From Octopus sinensis (taxonomy: Eukaryota): a DNA stretch of 64,000 bases. The translations under genes were made by a program, and so were the position numbers. The number at the start of each line of letters is the position of its first letter. Position 1 is the stretch's first letter. Below, in pieces: positions 13,500-25,700 of this stretch. The stretch covers positions 183,145-247,144 of the forward strand of contig NW_021832440.1 of assembly GCF_006345805.1 (NCBI RefSeq), in the 5' to 3' direction. Under the pieces are notes generated by a model. The model was not told the origin of the DNA. It did not search any database and saw nothing but the letters and a program-made list of their open reading frames with translations.

Positions 13500-15670
13500 T
13501 TTAATATTTGTTGGATCTAATTTTGTGCTTACAGTACCGAAGAGCATCTTCGTAATATTGAAGCTCGGAATTTAGACAAAAATCGATCTTAACCACCAAC
13601 TGCCAAAAAGAATTAACGAGTAGTTATATTATTAGTGTATATTAAATTATTTAAAAAAGTGACAAGTTGTCTCAAATGCTTTAAATATTACATGATAAAA
13701 TAACCATTGAAAAAGCAACTAGAATCTGTTGTACTGAATGGAACTCTTGAAAGTATGCTAATTAAATACAAGCATGGGATGAAGGTATCTGGTGATAAAT
13801 ACGCCTCTGCTACCGACCAACTTGTGAAACTGACATGCTTTTGGGACACGTCAATTGAAGCTATGGGACATATAACAACTTTGTTTGGCGGAGAGTTAGA
13901 GAGCGATAAGAGTAAGGAACTAATAGCAGATTCTCCCCTTAAATGAAAGAGAGATTTCCAACAATAAAGCGTGAAAATGTTAATTAAATAATGTAACCTT
14001 AGTTAAATTTGATTTGGTTTCAACAAAATTTTTTGTAACTTAAAAAGTGACAAATCAATGAAATATATTAATAATAAAAGGAACAAGCCTGGCACAATAG
14101 GACAATTAGATTCGTGTTCATAAGGATTGTACAATTATCAACACACATTCCACTGATCAGTAAATTAATGATATCAGCATGAAAAATGAGTGAATTCCCC
14201 AATATTTGGTTCATTAGATCAGAAATTTTTATTTTGTTCATGATTGTGGTGGCTGTCACGTTATAATTGAACACATCTGCCATTGTTAGATGTAGTGAAA
14301 TTAGTAATACTAGACTCATTAGAGTCATATGTCCAGTGAATTCTGAAAAATTGACGATGCTTTTAGTTTTGCATTTATCAAATATTATATTATTCAAAAC
14401 AGATGCAACTTGCTTAAGTTTATCAACCAATAGAAAATATTTTTTGTGGTTATCAAAACTTTTAATATTTTCCCTTAAAAGATATTCACTAATTTTTATT
14501 GTGTCCGTAAAATCAGTTTCTTCTTGACCAACAAAAGCAATGACAACCAGCTTGTTAAAATTATTTTCTGAGGTAACCACAAGTAGATCATTAAGACTCA
14601 ACTTGCTAACTAAGTAACCAGCTAGCTTTGGCAAGCACATTGCCATTTGAGTAATCAAATATATTGTTGATTTTATAGAATTTTTACATGTCTTCAACTG
14701 AAGACTCCACTGTTCAAATGTCTTTACTGACGCTGCGGAGACTTTTAACCCGTAATTATGAAAGTCCTTTCCTTTTTTTGTTTTGATTGCTTTTGAGTAT
14801 ATGGGGTCCACAAATGCTTCAAGCAAAACAAATTCACGAACGGAAAGCTAAAATATTAAACTATAAGCAATTACTATTTGGAAAAACTTATCCCTTTTAG
14901 AAAAAGAAATTATATAATCATTTGTGGCTCCTACAATTTTAGAATTACTAGAAAAAGAAATATTGGTCTGGATAGAAAGTCTTTCCATGTTGAGGATTTT
15001 ATTTTTCAGCAAAACTAATTTTTCTACAATTTTGCATAGTTTCATATTAATTGGAATGGAGAAATCAAGTTGTTCAAATAGAATTTTAAGCATGGGGCTT
15101 GCGAAATAAAATTGTAACATTTCTGTAGGAATATCGTGATACAGTACTTCAGTTATATTAAAGGACGTCATATTAAACTTTTCAGATGAGCTATTAAAAC
15201 TTTGGCTTTTAAGCACATTATAAATATCTGTCTTTTCTTCAGTATTTTCCTAATTGATAATTAATTTTTTAGATTGTAATACGGTAAAGATGACGTTTTT
15301 TTGAATATAATCTGTAATCTGATAATAACTAATTTCAACAAAACATTACTGATTCAGATGATTCAATGTCATTTTCTGAAGAATTAAAAACCAATTGTGT
15401 GCTATTCAACTGATTTTTAGACAAAATGTCGCTGGGTATAATCTGCCTCCGTATTTCAGCAAATTCTGATTAATTATATCAACACTAAATACCTTCTGCT
15501 ATGTCAAAACTCTTGTGCTGCGAGTTTTCAGACTCATAAAAAAGTAAAAACTATTAACTTACCGAATCAATGCTTTCTTTTTGTGGTGGAAGAAACTCGA
15601 GTTCTTTAAGCTCGTCATTATGCTTTTTGATATCTCTTTGACAGTTTCTGCAGAAGTTTGGCATCCATAT
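13500..15670 (-). CDS. Hypothetical multi-exon protein (unrecognised)
   Basis: Long ORFs 14068-14826 and 14848-15216, plus upstream short exons joined by plausible ~22-30 nt GT-AG introns (e.g. gtaag at ~15562). No motif recognised; both ends are approximate. Confidence 0.55.
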
Positions 15671-16021
15671 ATTTTCTTTAAAATGTGTACACATTCAGTA
15701 AATTTAGAAGTTAATTTGCGCACCATGTAATATTATAAAAACTCAACCCGTAATTAATCGTAACTGTTACGGATAATAAGTTAAACAGTGGCAAATAGAC
15801 GCTTAATAAATATTGTTTAGAAAGTAATCGTCACGTTTCTGAAAGACTTTTGAATAGTTTCAAGTCAATCCAAGCAGTAAATCAGATCTTATCATGGAAC
15901 ATGAAAAATCGTAAATTAGACAAACGGAGATTGAACCTATAATCAACACGCAAAAATGGCATAGCTACAGTTTAAGTAAAAAATTCCCCAAGATCACACA
16001 AAAGTTAGAATCCAACAATTA

Positions 16022-16615
16022 CAGTGAAACCTTTTGAATCCACTGCTTCACGAATCTGTCGTTTCTCGAATCCGCTTGTTTTATTTAAAAATTTGAAATG
16101 TCATATAGATGATTCTCGAATCCGTTCTTTAAGCTAAGAAAATTTCATGAAGACAGTGGATCGGTAAATCGTGATAAAAAATCTATTGGTAATTTTAATG
16201 ACACAATTAGTTTAAAATTAAATAAATTGAATTGGAAAATGTTTATAATGTAGGTGAAACCGGTAATTGTTACAAGGCGATTCCTTCTAAAAGTGTGTGC
16301 ACTAAATCAAGGAATGAAATAAAATTGTCAAAGGATCGATTTTTATTACTATTATGGACTATTTGTTCCGGTTTGGATAAAAGAAAGCATGTAATAATAA
16401 GAATATTAAAAAGTCTAAGGTGTTTTAAAAATTTTAACTTTGTAAATCATGCTACTTATACCATTTAATAAAGAATGTATTAGCTGCGAAATGTTTAATA
16501 AATGTCTAAGTGATAGTGATTTTGATTGCGAATTTGCGAAGAAAAAATCTACTTTTAACAAACTTTCTCGAATCCGCTGATTTCTAAAATCCGACAATTT
16601 TTTGATCGGTCCCAA
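16022..16615 (+). mobile_element. Internally deleted, diverged copy of the Tigger/pogo element at 33554-35526
   Basis: Starts TA|CAGTGAAACC with TCGAATCCG-type repeats, then jumps into transposase sequence (YNVGETG..YKAIPSKSVCTKSR..KLSKDRF), then to the other subterminal region. The outermost right TIR is missing. Confidence 0.8.
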
Positions 16616-16649
16616 CTTCCTGGACATCACTTTTTTGCGATCTAGGATG

Positions 16650-17890
16650 CATGAGTAATTTTATAGAGTTCTTTGCTCATCTTTTTCGGCCAGCAAATTC
16701 GTATGAGTATTCTTACTTAATTGTTTTCTGTGAAAAGAGGTGAGTTGATTTAGTTCTTTGGCGGTTAGACCCCAGGTCCCCGTGTTGTAGAGCAGGATCG
16801 ATTCGACAAAGGTGTTCTACAGTCGAATTCAAATGCGGGTTCTTATTTACAGATCTTTTATATTTTATGAAAGAGGCAACAGCCATCACTTTCATTTAAA
16901 TAACATCCTCCGAGTTCCTAAGGATGGATCCAAATTTCTTGCATGTTTTTTACTTCTCCTTCTTTCTTGTCCCGAGGCGGGACATGGTAGTTTCTTTCGT
17001 TTTGCTTGGATGTAATACCAATAACAGTCCTTCAACAAATGAGGAATCACTTTTAATAAGTTTTCCATTAAGTTCTGATCTTGGTAAACAAAATCAATAT
17101 CGTCGGCGTAAATAACTTCTATCACGTTCATAAAACATTTATTTTTCCGAAGAAGTCTTAGAGCTTTGTCCAGGTAGATTATGAATAAGATCGGATATAA
17201 CGAGTCGTCCTGAGGTAGGCCAGTGTCGGTTTTAAACTTCACCGAGATATAATTTGCCACATACACTGATAGCGTATTCATGAGCATAACCAGGCGAAAC
17301 TTTAAAAATTTCCCTTCTTCTTTCCAGGTTTCTGAATTGGGATTTAGGTCAAATAAGCTGTGACATTTAAACGTCCTGGTCAAGACTATGCAGATCAACT
17401 CAACCACTTTGTCCGGCGCGTATTTAAATAATTCTGCCCTCACGTTGTCTGGTTTCGAAGCTCTTCCATTTTTAGCTTGCTCAAGGCTGAAATGACTTCA
17501 TAGCGCGTGATGTCTTTACTGAGTCCACTGGGAGTTTCTTTGAATTGTTCCAGATGGTCATTGAGATTTATTCATCCATTGTAAAAGGGTTCAATTTTGT
17601 TTGCTGATTTTTTTGTCATCAATTATGGTTTTTCCCGCATAATCGAACGTTTCGTGAAGCCTTAACTAACGAATAACTCCAAATAGTATGACCACTGAAA
17701 ATAGTATGACCATCCAAATAGTTTGCATTTGTTGCGTTTTCTTTTAAAGAATCGGTAAGGCTGATCAAATTTGACGATTCTTTTAGGAGACTGAGTTTCC
17801 TTTGTTCTTTTGCTAATTTGTCTATTTCTTTGTCAAAAGTCTCCTTGAATCTCTTAATTTTGGTAGAAATATATCTCTATAGTAGTCCGG
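16650..17890 (-). mobile_element. Degenerate RTE/L2-like LINE RT region
   Basis: EVISALSKLKNGRASKPDNVRAELFK, TGLPQDDSLYPILF and YADD motifs; heavily disrupted. Confidence 0.7.
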
Positions 17891-18429
17891 GAAACACATT
17901 AGAGTATTGTTTAACAGTTTGAGTATTTCCTCCCCATACTTTATACGGTTAGAAGCTGAAACACATAATATCTCCGCGGCTAATTTCCAGCCCCGTGTAC
18001 GAACTGCAAGTACTCCGGAGAATCCAAAGCATCGCTTTAGAATAAGATATGTCACCAGTAGTCGATGATCACTCGAGGTAATCGTGCCACTGTAAGTATG
18101 GAAGTTTGTGAGTAACGTCTTCTGTGTTTGTCTGCATAATATGTAATCGATTTAGTTAAATGTATGGACAAGATTTCTGTAGGAGCATCTCCTCTGGCCA
18201 GTCCATAGCATAACATTTCGAGCTGCAAGTCGAAATGCCGTGTTACAGAGGAACAGTCCAAAAGACTCCCCGGACAGATTTTTGATCTCGTGCTGGACTT
18301 CCTGGGGACCGACACGCATCCGTCCATCACCAATATCAACAAAAACTATTTGGAGGAAGATTTTTGCAACATTTAGCTGCCTGCCACTGACGAAAGGGTA
18401 ATTTTTGAAATCCACATTCTATAACTTCT

Positions 18430-18704
18430 AAGACTCAAGTTCAGTTTCCACTTTGCAGGCCCACGGCGCTAAAAAACCAATATCGTCTACACTTACAAGG
18501 TTGTCTTTTCGGGTCATTCCAAAGCCGTGAGGAGCAGCGAAATTTCCGTGATCCAGGACGAGGTGATCATGTTGTTGGGGGACTACCATGAGGCTGATTG
18601 GTGTTATGTAATATACCACACTCTACTCCCAGGTCATGAAACTCGACTCCAAGTTGACAGGGTACGTTGCGGGAGTTTTATACAACCAACTGATTAATAT
18701 TTAA
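18430..18704 (+). pseudogene. SH3-domain gene 3' end, copy 1 (frameshifted)
   Basis: Paralog of 31907-32189. Encodes EISVIQDEVIMLL..DWCY|VMKLDSKLTGYV after removing a 25-nt GT-AG intron; 1-bp deletion at ~18476. Confidence 0.6.
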
Positions 18705-18763
18705 CACTTAATTATAAGGTGGCTACCCTATAAAACAATACATCTACACTTCTTTAGACACCA

Positions 18764-19632
18764 ATGTCAGCAAATTGTTCACTAATTGAAATATCCAAAC
18801 TCCACCCACTTGCAAACCAACTCTCCGGCCACGGACTCGACTCCACTGCACTCAAATGTAGTCCTTATTTCACATCAAAGTCTTCTTTGAAATACCTGGT
18901 GGCTTCATTGCCAAACGACTTAAAAAGTATTCTCGCGGTTACCAGGAGGGTGACTTTTACCAAAATATTTCCCACTCTGCCGACCAGTTTTTCACCAAAT
19001 TGTCCTCATTTTCCCCCAAATTCCATGGCCTGGCGCATGACAAACAAGGAGGTGTGGCACTTCTTTATGTGCAGGGCAGTACATTTACTTGGAAAACATA
19101 TTCCGGAACTTCACCAAACCGACATCCGCCGACATCAAAATTGGGTTCCTCAAAAAAGAAAAGTACCCGGCAGCCGACCAAATCATGTTTCAAATAAGTG
19201 GAATGAAAGTATTCGAGAGGAAGCACTTTTAGGTCCACCAACCTGACGGATCCTGCCACACCCTCTACAAGTCGGACGGAGCCAACTGGACGAGCATACT
19301 ATCAGGGACGGTGAGGGGTCTTTGTCATTTCAGAGTTGCAAAAGTTTTTTCTGCAAGACCACAAGTTGGGGGACGGAAGGAGACGGAAAATATTGGCTGA
19401 GTTAAGGGACATGCTCACTCTTTTGAAGGCCCAGTCAGCATGGCACTTTGTTTCGAGTTCGGTAATAATCGCCTACGAGAACGAGAACGTGTCCAATTGG
19501 AGTGAGGGACAGGTGGCTGTCAACATCATTGACTTTTCCCACGCTTCTCCTGCCCAGTCGAGGGACATTTATTCAATCAATGGATTGGCTAATTTAATTA
19601 ATTTCATTTCGAATTTATTCGATTTGGTTTAA
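18764..19632 (+). pseudogene. Inositol polyphosphate kinase (IPK family), copy 1, with one frameshift
   Basis: Same motifs and introns as 32249-33118, but a 1-bp deletion at ~19281 (ggagccaa vs ggacgccaa) breaks the frame. This could be a sequence error. Confidence 0.8.
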
Positions 19633-20329
19633 TCAGACTCAATCACTTATTCTTTCATTTCACACAAATTCACTAATACATCTCCTAATTTGATTATTCT
19701 AATGACTATTCATTCAAAAAGATTACATCTAATTTATCTACCAAATAAAAAACAAGATTATAGTTAGATAGCAATTCTACATTTTGCAAATTTGCCATTC
19801 CTTTCCCAAAGAATTAATTTTATTTTAACACTTTCCAAATAATTTCTGGATAAATAACATTGAAAACGCCCAAAGATATATCAAAATATTCTGAGAAACT
19901 CTTATAATGTACACTCTAATTTGAAATAATAAATTAAGTAAGTTTATTCAAATTGTTTTTTATTTGTATCAAAGCATTATCTTTTAGGAGATTGTGTTTT
20001 CAATATTTTCCATAAGGTTTTCAGAATTATAACAGCATTAGTTCGGCTTTATCTCCTATTGATTGGGACAAGATACATAATTTCTAAAAATAAATACATC
20101 GTAGATTTACCATTAAGTTCATCTTCGACAAACGATGCCTCGTTATTTTTATCTAAATTATAAATAAGATTATAACCTGGTATTTCATGAATCACAGTGT
20201 TAACTCCAGAAATATCCCTAAACTTTTAAAGGGGGTCTCATTGATCGCCGAGTGGTGTGTCGTATTATAGGAAAAAGTTACTTTGTCTAAAAATTGTTTC
20301 CAATTTTTACGTATTTTCTTTATGTAGAG

Positions 20330-20730
20330 AAATTGTACAATAAGACCGGTTTCAGTAGCATGTTGTATAATTTGATTTTTAGAGAGGTCGAAATTTGTTT
20401 GTAATATGTCCGCTGTATTGTTTCCAATTTTTAGTTCCTTCTTTATTCATCAGTTTTGCCATACCACGTGTTAATGTTTGGTTAAAGCGCTCAATTACAC
20501 CCTAATTTATTTCAAATTTATAAACTTGTGACTGGGGATGGTTTGGTCTTCAATGAATATGTTTGATTTTATTTTCTCCACATATCTGATCCATCAGTTG
20601 ATTTTTGAATTCCAATCCGTTGTCTGTTTTAAAAATTTGACAATATCCAATTCTTCTAACATCAATAAGATCCGCCTGGAATCTTTTATTTGGACTTCTT
20701 GCCGTTACATGATAATTAGAATCGGATACC
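20330..20730 (-). mobile_element. Retroviral-type (rve) integrase core relic with internal deletion
   Basis: Minus strand gives ARSPNKRFQADLID, KTDNGLEFKN, RPNHPQSQ and GVIERFNQTL, i.e. the D, D and E catalytic motifs. Confidence 0.7.
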
Positions 20731-20949
20731 TAAGTATATTTAATCAAAAATACTTTTAACGGCCCAGCAAATTTAAAAATTTCGCAGTCTTTTTTAATTT
20801 GTTTGATAATAGGGCGTTTCACAGTAAAATAAAATTCACAGCACTTCTTATGAAGCTTTAGTATTCCCCAGTGACATTCTTGGTGAATATTTATTTATTA
20901 AAGACCAAACACGGGCAAAGTCAGTTAATTATAGTTATTCCCGTGATCG

Positions 20950-21160
20950 CCGATCCAAACGAGGGAGATCCTTCTGAAAGGTTCGATCCTGCCCGCATGA
21001 TCGGCCTGAGACGACGATGTCCCAGGGTCTGAGAGCTAGAAGTTCTTTTTCGGTAGGCATTAAGTGCCTCCTGAGCGTTGCCATATCCGATTGGAATTTT
21101 CCGAACTGACATGGTGGACCCCATAACGCCACGCTAAGACCGGAAGGTAATAGCGAATGC
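20950..21160 (-). mobile_element. Possible Ty3/gypsy RNase H relic
   Basis: GVMGSTMS..IPIGYG then, after a frameshift, PTEKELLAL, resembling the PIAYAS..TEKELLA motifs. Short and diverged. Confidence 0.4.
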
Positions 21161-21499
21161 CAGTGTCTTCATCTCCATTTAATTGTCCAAAAAGATAACA
21201 AATTTGTGTTTTTGGTTATTATCGTCCTTTAGATAGAGACTACGAATTAGGAATATCAAATATACCGATCATCAATTATCATAAATTGATTCGCTTTTTT
21301 AATAAGTTTGTATTTTTCGGATTTAGATGTAGTTTGTACGGGTATTTGGAGTAGTGCATTTAAAATATTTTTATATTCACTGTCATTTTTCACGTAACCT
21401 AAGGATTGAGACTATATTAATACAACAACTTTTGGAAGATACCTTTTTTTAATTAAAATGACTTAAACTGGTCGCCAGCGTGGTATGGTCGCCAGCTAT

Positions 21500-21750
21500 G
21501 GGCGCGACATATTCCATGCTCTGTGGGTTACCACAGCTGCCTCCATGCGTACTGCAAAGCCCATCTAATAATGGCGACAGTCTGACGGCGACAGGAGCAT
21601 TCGGTATCTGTTTATTGTTTCATTAACGCCATTAGGGACTTTGGTCTCCTGCAGACAGCATACAGACATTCCATATCTTTTTAAATCCGTACATAGGTGT
21701 TGTCTTTTTAATGCGGAGGTAAGTCCTCTTTCATTAAACGATCCAATAGA
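21500..21750 (-). mobile_element. LINE apurinic-like endonuclease N-terminal relic
   Basis: SFNERGL..KRQHL..DLKRYGMSVCCLQETK matches the NVRGL..LQETK signature. Confidence 0.65.
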
Positions 21751-21971
21751 AAAAAGGAAAGATTAAGTGCATTGGTCGAGGTGGTGACGTCCCTCTATTG
21801 CACACATGTCTTATTCAATCACTCCAACGGGTTGACTTTATTTATATAAGAAACGAGCATACTCTCTAAGGTTTCCTTTAATGGAAAAGGTATTTTAATT
21901 AATGAATTAAGTAAATATAAATAATAAAATTATACTTGTATAGTAGATTAAATAAAATCACATACACGTCG

Positions 21972-22870
21972 ATGTTGGATGATTATCTAAGTGCATACGA
22001 AAATAGCATTGAGTGTGTATAATTTATTTTGAAAAAAATATAGTTCATCCGTCGATTCCGAAAAATATTACCAAGTCTTGGGCGGATTGCTTTGCTTGGT
22101 ACATTTGTGGACGATTCGTTCCGGATGGTAACAAAGCATGGAGATCAGCGAAACTATTTTGTGAATGTATGGAAAATAGGAAGAGCAGTGGCTACATTTA
22201 TGATAATAATAAATTTATTGACTCAAATAATTCCCGTTGTGATGATAATGATGCGACGGAGAGTACGGATAGCCTGTTGTGTTCTGTTATTTAACATAAT
22301 ATATCAAGTATTATATTTACTAATCGTAGCACATCGTCTATCGGATGCGACTGTTTGCTATATTCAAGTTTGATAAGCGATAACCAGATAGAACCCTTTC
22401 CCTTTGCGGTGTTGTGCTACTCCTTTATGCTGAATCGTTTGTGGAGAAGATGACTAATGTGGCTGGTCTTCCAGAACTGCAAAACGATAAAGGGAAAGAG
22501 TATTTCAAACTTATTGGACGAATATTTGTTATACTCATCCTGTTCAGTCTTGTAGATACGTCAAGCATTTTAAGCTATGTACTATCATACTATAATATTT
22601 CAGGGAGTCATTGCGCCAATCTGTTCAATTCCTGCCATTATGCTTGTCCTCGGATATCGTGCTCAGTTTGCTTCTCTTCTCCTTTCAATTGTTCTCGTCG
22701 TTAATATGCTTGTTGCCCACCCTTTCTGGCTTCCCAGCCTTAACTCATATACGGCCGAGTATTACTCTTTTGAGTTTTTCCAATCCTTGTCTGCGCTTGG
22801 CGGATTTCTCATTGTTGTTGCTCATGGACCAGGAGTAATCAGTTTTGACGAGTTTAAAAAAATGGAATAA
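21972..22870 (+). CDS. SURF4: Surfeit locus protein 4 (ER cargo receptor)
   Basis: LPSLGRIALLGTFVDDSFRM..DQRNY..W, AGLP, HPFW, FFQSLSALGGFLIVVAHGPGVISFDEFKKME* with a C-terminal dilysine-type signal. First intron is 22017-22043 (27 nt). Confidence 0.93.
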
Positions 22871-23361
22871 TTCATATTCACTTTCCTCTCATAATCACTT
22901 TAATAATTTGGATTATAAAACCTATGTTTTTACGCTTACTTTGTCAATGTCACGTATGTGGATATAATATGAAATCTAAATACCTGCAAAGTCTTGAAAA
23001 TCGTTCTTTTTACTTGAAATTTGTTAAAAAATAAGACATTTCTATCGTTATGTTTAATAATATGTCATCACAAATAAAATCTTATTTTGACCTCAATGTT
23101 TTTTTTATTTCAGCATACTTTTTTTCATGACATCTTGACAAGTTTTTACATGAATAAAAGGATGTAATTATTCAAATTTTAAAATTTTATAATAATTTCC
23201 AAAAGCTTTAAATTCGTAATCAACATAATAAATTATAAGCCTGGTTAATTATTTAACAATTTCATGTTAAGTTCAAAATACGTTGTCAATAATCCAGATG
23301 TGGTTAGAAAAAACAAACATCTGTCGAATATTATATATATGCCATAACATTGCCGCCATAA

Positions 23362-24366
23362 ATGCTAGCAATATTATTCTTGCTGAACTTATCAAGTATT
23401 CTGAATTACTCCAGTAATCATAAAATAGACGCAGGAGATATATGTAAAAAGGGAAAATGCTATTCTCTTTTCCCAAATGATCTCCTTTCATTTTCAGAAG
23501 CCACAAATATGTGTTTAAAGTCAAAGAAATTCCCTCTTACGATAAAAGACAGTGATGAGCTTGGCACAATTTTGGGTGAGCGTATTCTGTATATTTTAAG
23601 AATTATTAACAATCACAAAATTTAATTCGATCGCTATCTGGCTTGGCTATAACGACATTATGATGGAGGGCTTATTTGTAGATCATAACGGGGATCCAAT
23701 GGCAATTGTTTATTATTAAAACTTTCAGACATATTCTAACTGGTACAAGACTGAGCCCAATAAACAAAATAAACGTGAAGACTGTGTAGGAATGGACATA
23801 AAAACCGGAAGATGGTTCGATTACCTCTGTTTTGCAAGACTACCATTTATATGCCAGTACACAAAGGATACTGCAACTACCACTCTTGCTTCAAGTGGAC
23901 AATAAATGTATATCTCGTAGAATTACAAGAAAAAAAACTCCCGGACCTAAAAATTAGTTTGCAAATGACTAAAACGTTCCCTGAAAACCCGGTAAAAATG
24001 GCCGCTGACGGGGATAAATCTACATGCGCCATTTCGAAAGGAAATTTTTATGCACAGATGAATTATTCGTTCAGCAAAACAGTTCTTCTTAAAAAGATCA
24101 TCATATACTCTGGAAAGACAACACTAGGTAGTTTCAGTTTCCTATAGTTTACAGAGCGTCCTCGTTACTTTGATATCATTGTGGTGACTCCTGAAAAAGA
24201 CAGAATACAATGCACTCGAATTACTGATGCTAAACTGCCCCCGAATTCTAAGAACGAATTCAAATGCAAAAAAGAAATATTAACAAACAAAATTATTTTT
24301 AAAAGTTACAAATTGCAGGCAACACTCTCATTTTGTGAACTAATAATCGAACACTCGACAAACTAA
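23362..24366 (+). CDS. Secreted C-type lectin + F-type lectin (FTP/F5-8C-like) two-domain protein, copy 1
   Basis: Signal peptide MLAILFLLNLSS. CTLD motifs: C..KCY, WLGYND, YSNW..EPN..EDCV, WFDYLC..LPFIC. A 26-nt intron (23895-23920) joins it in frame to a domain with AADGDKSTC..C..C..LSFCEL. Confidence 0.8.
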
Positions 24367-24499
24367 TACATTAAATTAACAAATTTAATATATAACTCAC
24401 TTTCTTATATAATTTATTTTATTTCAAAACAGGATTATACTCTTGCGCTCTGTCATTTAACTGCCTATGAGTCACATGCCGATGATTTCCACTAAACAT

Positions 24500-24770
24500 C
24501 TCTAATGACTCTCTAATCGCGGAACGATGCCTGTCCGGGTAGTAATCTACTCACCTCAAAATGGTTTAGTCATATCCGCTTTTTTTGAGTTTTATAAAAA
24601 TGTAGTTTCTGTCGAAATCCTGAAATCTTTGAAGAGATTGTTCGACGATATCTATCCGGTCTCAGGATGGACGAGAAATCCATCTATTCACTTCACATAC
24701 GGAAAAAGCCATGGCAGCTTTCCGTTTTAGACGTGCATCTGGACTCAAAAACCTTTATAGATTAAAAAAG
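24500..24770 (-). mobile_element. Degenerate LINE 3' fragment (RTE-like)
   Basis: IKVFESRC motif on the minus strand. Also present in the duplicate at ~54475-54744. Confidence 0.45.
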
Positions 24771-24787
24771 AGATCATAATATAAACC

Positions 24788-24832
24788 GTATGATCATACT
24801 TAGTCGTAAATACCCGTTCCCATCCGAACACG
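24788..24832 (+). pseudogene. 5' fragment of 5S rRNA gene
   Basis: gtatgatcatacttagtcgtaaatacccgttcccatccgaacacg matches the 5' ~45 nt of the 5S gene at 44893-45010, with a similar upstream flank. Confidence 0.75.
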
Positions 24833-24859
24833 CCACTTTCTACCAGACTCAAAAACCTT

Positions 24860-25328
24860 CAACCCCTTTTCTATCAATTATACATATTCATAAATTTCAA
24901 ATAAATATGATTAACATTACACTTTATTTGAATAAATGTCAAATTTAACATGGCAAAAGATGATTGGGCTATCAAGAAATATAATTTTTTTCTACAATAA
25001 TGTACGAATGACTATCTTTTGGTAGCTTGTTTTTTCTTTGAAATAATTGAATAGCATCATTTTAATAAAATTGGTTAATCAAGATAGAAGTAAATTGAGT
25101 AAACTAATAACTCTTATTGTTTCCAGTGCTGCGCAAGCTTTTCATGATCCATGCCATCGGGAAAGTGCATTTATAATAGTACTAAAATTATTACGTCGGT
25201 GAGGAAATACCATTCTTTGGACTTAAAATAATGAGTTGCAAAGGCCTCCCAAAGGGTACAAGTATGTAGAGATTTAGAAATTGTGACTGTTTTTCATCAA
25301 CAGGCGTCGGTGAACTATTTTTGATAAA
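24860..25328 (+). repeat. ~470-bp dispersed repeat of unknown nature (other copies ~46150-46615 and ~62279-62743)
   Basis: Directly alignable by eye (aacatgg..aaagatgattgggctatcaagaaat..ggcctcccaaagggtacaagtat..caacaggcgtcggtgaactattttt). Confidence 0.85.
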
Positions 25329-25565
25329 TCTTAATAATAAAATGGTATGGTGTGTGTCTGTCTGTCTGTCTGTGTGTGCACACCAACTTCAAATTGGCAA
25401 TACGATGTCCTCGACTTACATGATGAGGTCCTTAAAACCTTCCCCCAAAAAAAAATTAAAAAAAATTTTTCTGCATTTTGGTCAAAATGAACAACTACAA
25501 TGTCCTCGACTTACATGATGAGGTCCTTAAAACCTTCCCCCCAAAAAAAAATTAAAAAAAAATTT
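25329..25565 (+). mobile_element. Helitron 5' end with (GTCT)n microsatellite and two ~95-bp tandem units
   Basis: Begins A|TCTTAATAATAAAA, inserted at the A/T of gataaa|taaaa seen uninterrupted at ~46611-46621. The ~95-bp unit recurs three times in the Helitron at 47888-49766. Confidence 0.6.
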
Positions 25566-25566
25566 T

Positions 25567-25700
25567 CTCGCCTCACGCGCTGAAAGAGCCAGCTCGCCTC
25601 ACTCCGGTCATTTGTCTTCAAGGCGATTTTCTCGCCAAGCATTGGTAATAACTTCTCGGCCTCCTTACCGACCACGCCAGTGGTCTCAAAAGCAAAAAAA
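25567..25700 (-). mobile_element. CRE-like element C-terminal fragment
   Basis: FAFETTGVVG..NDRSEASWLFQRV (ORF 25511-25705). Confidence 0.6.

Noticed and set aside
17900-18415. Minus-strand ORFs 17822-18415 as a LINE endonuclease or separate gene
   Set aside because: No diagnostic motif. The plus strand could equally be upstream exons of the SH3 gene, so I could not support either reading.
25406-25565. ATGATGA (C-box-like) motif in the ~95-bp repeats as snoRNAs
   Set aside because: No matching CTGA D box or terminal stem; the unit is a Helitron-internal tandem repeat.
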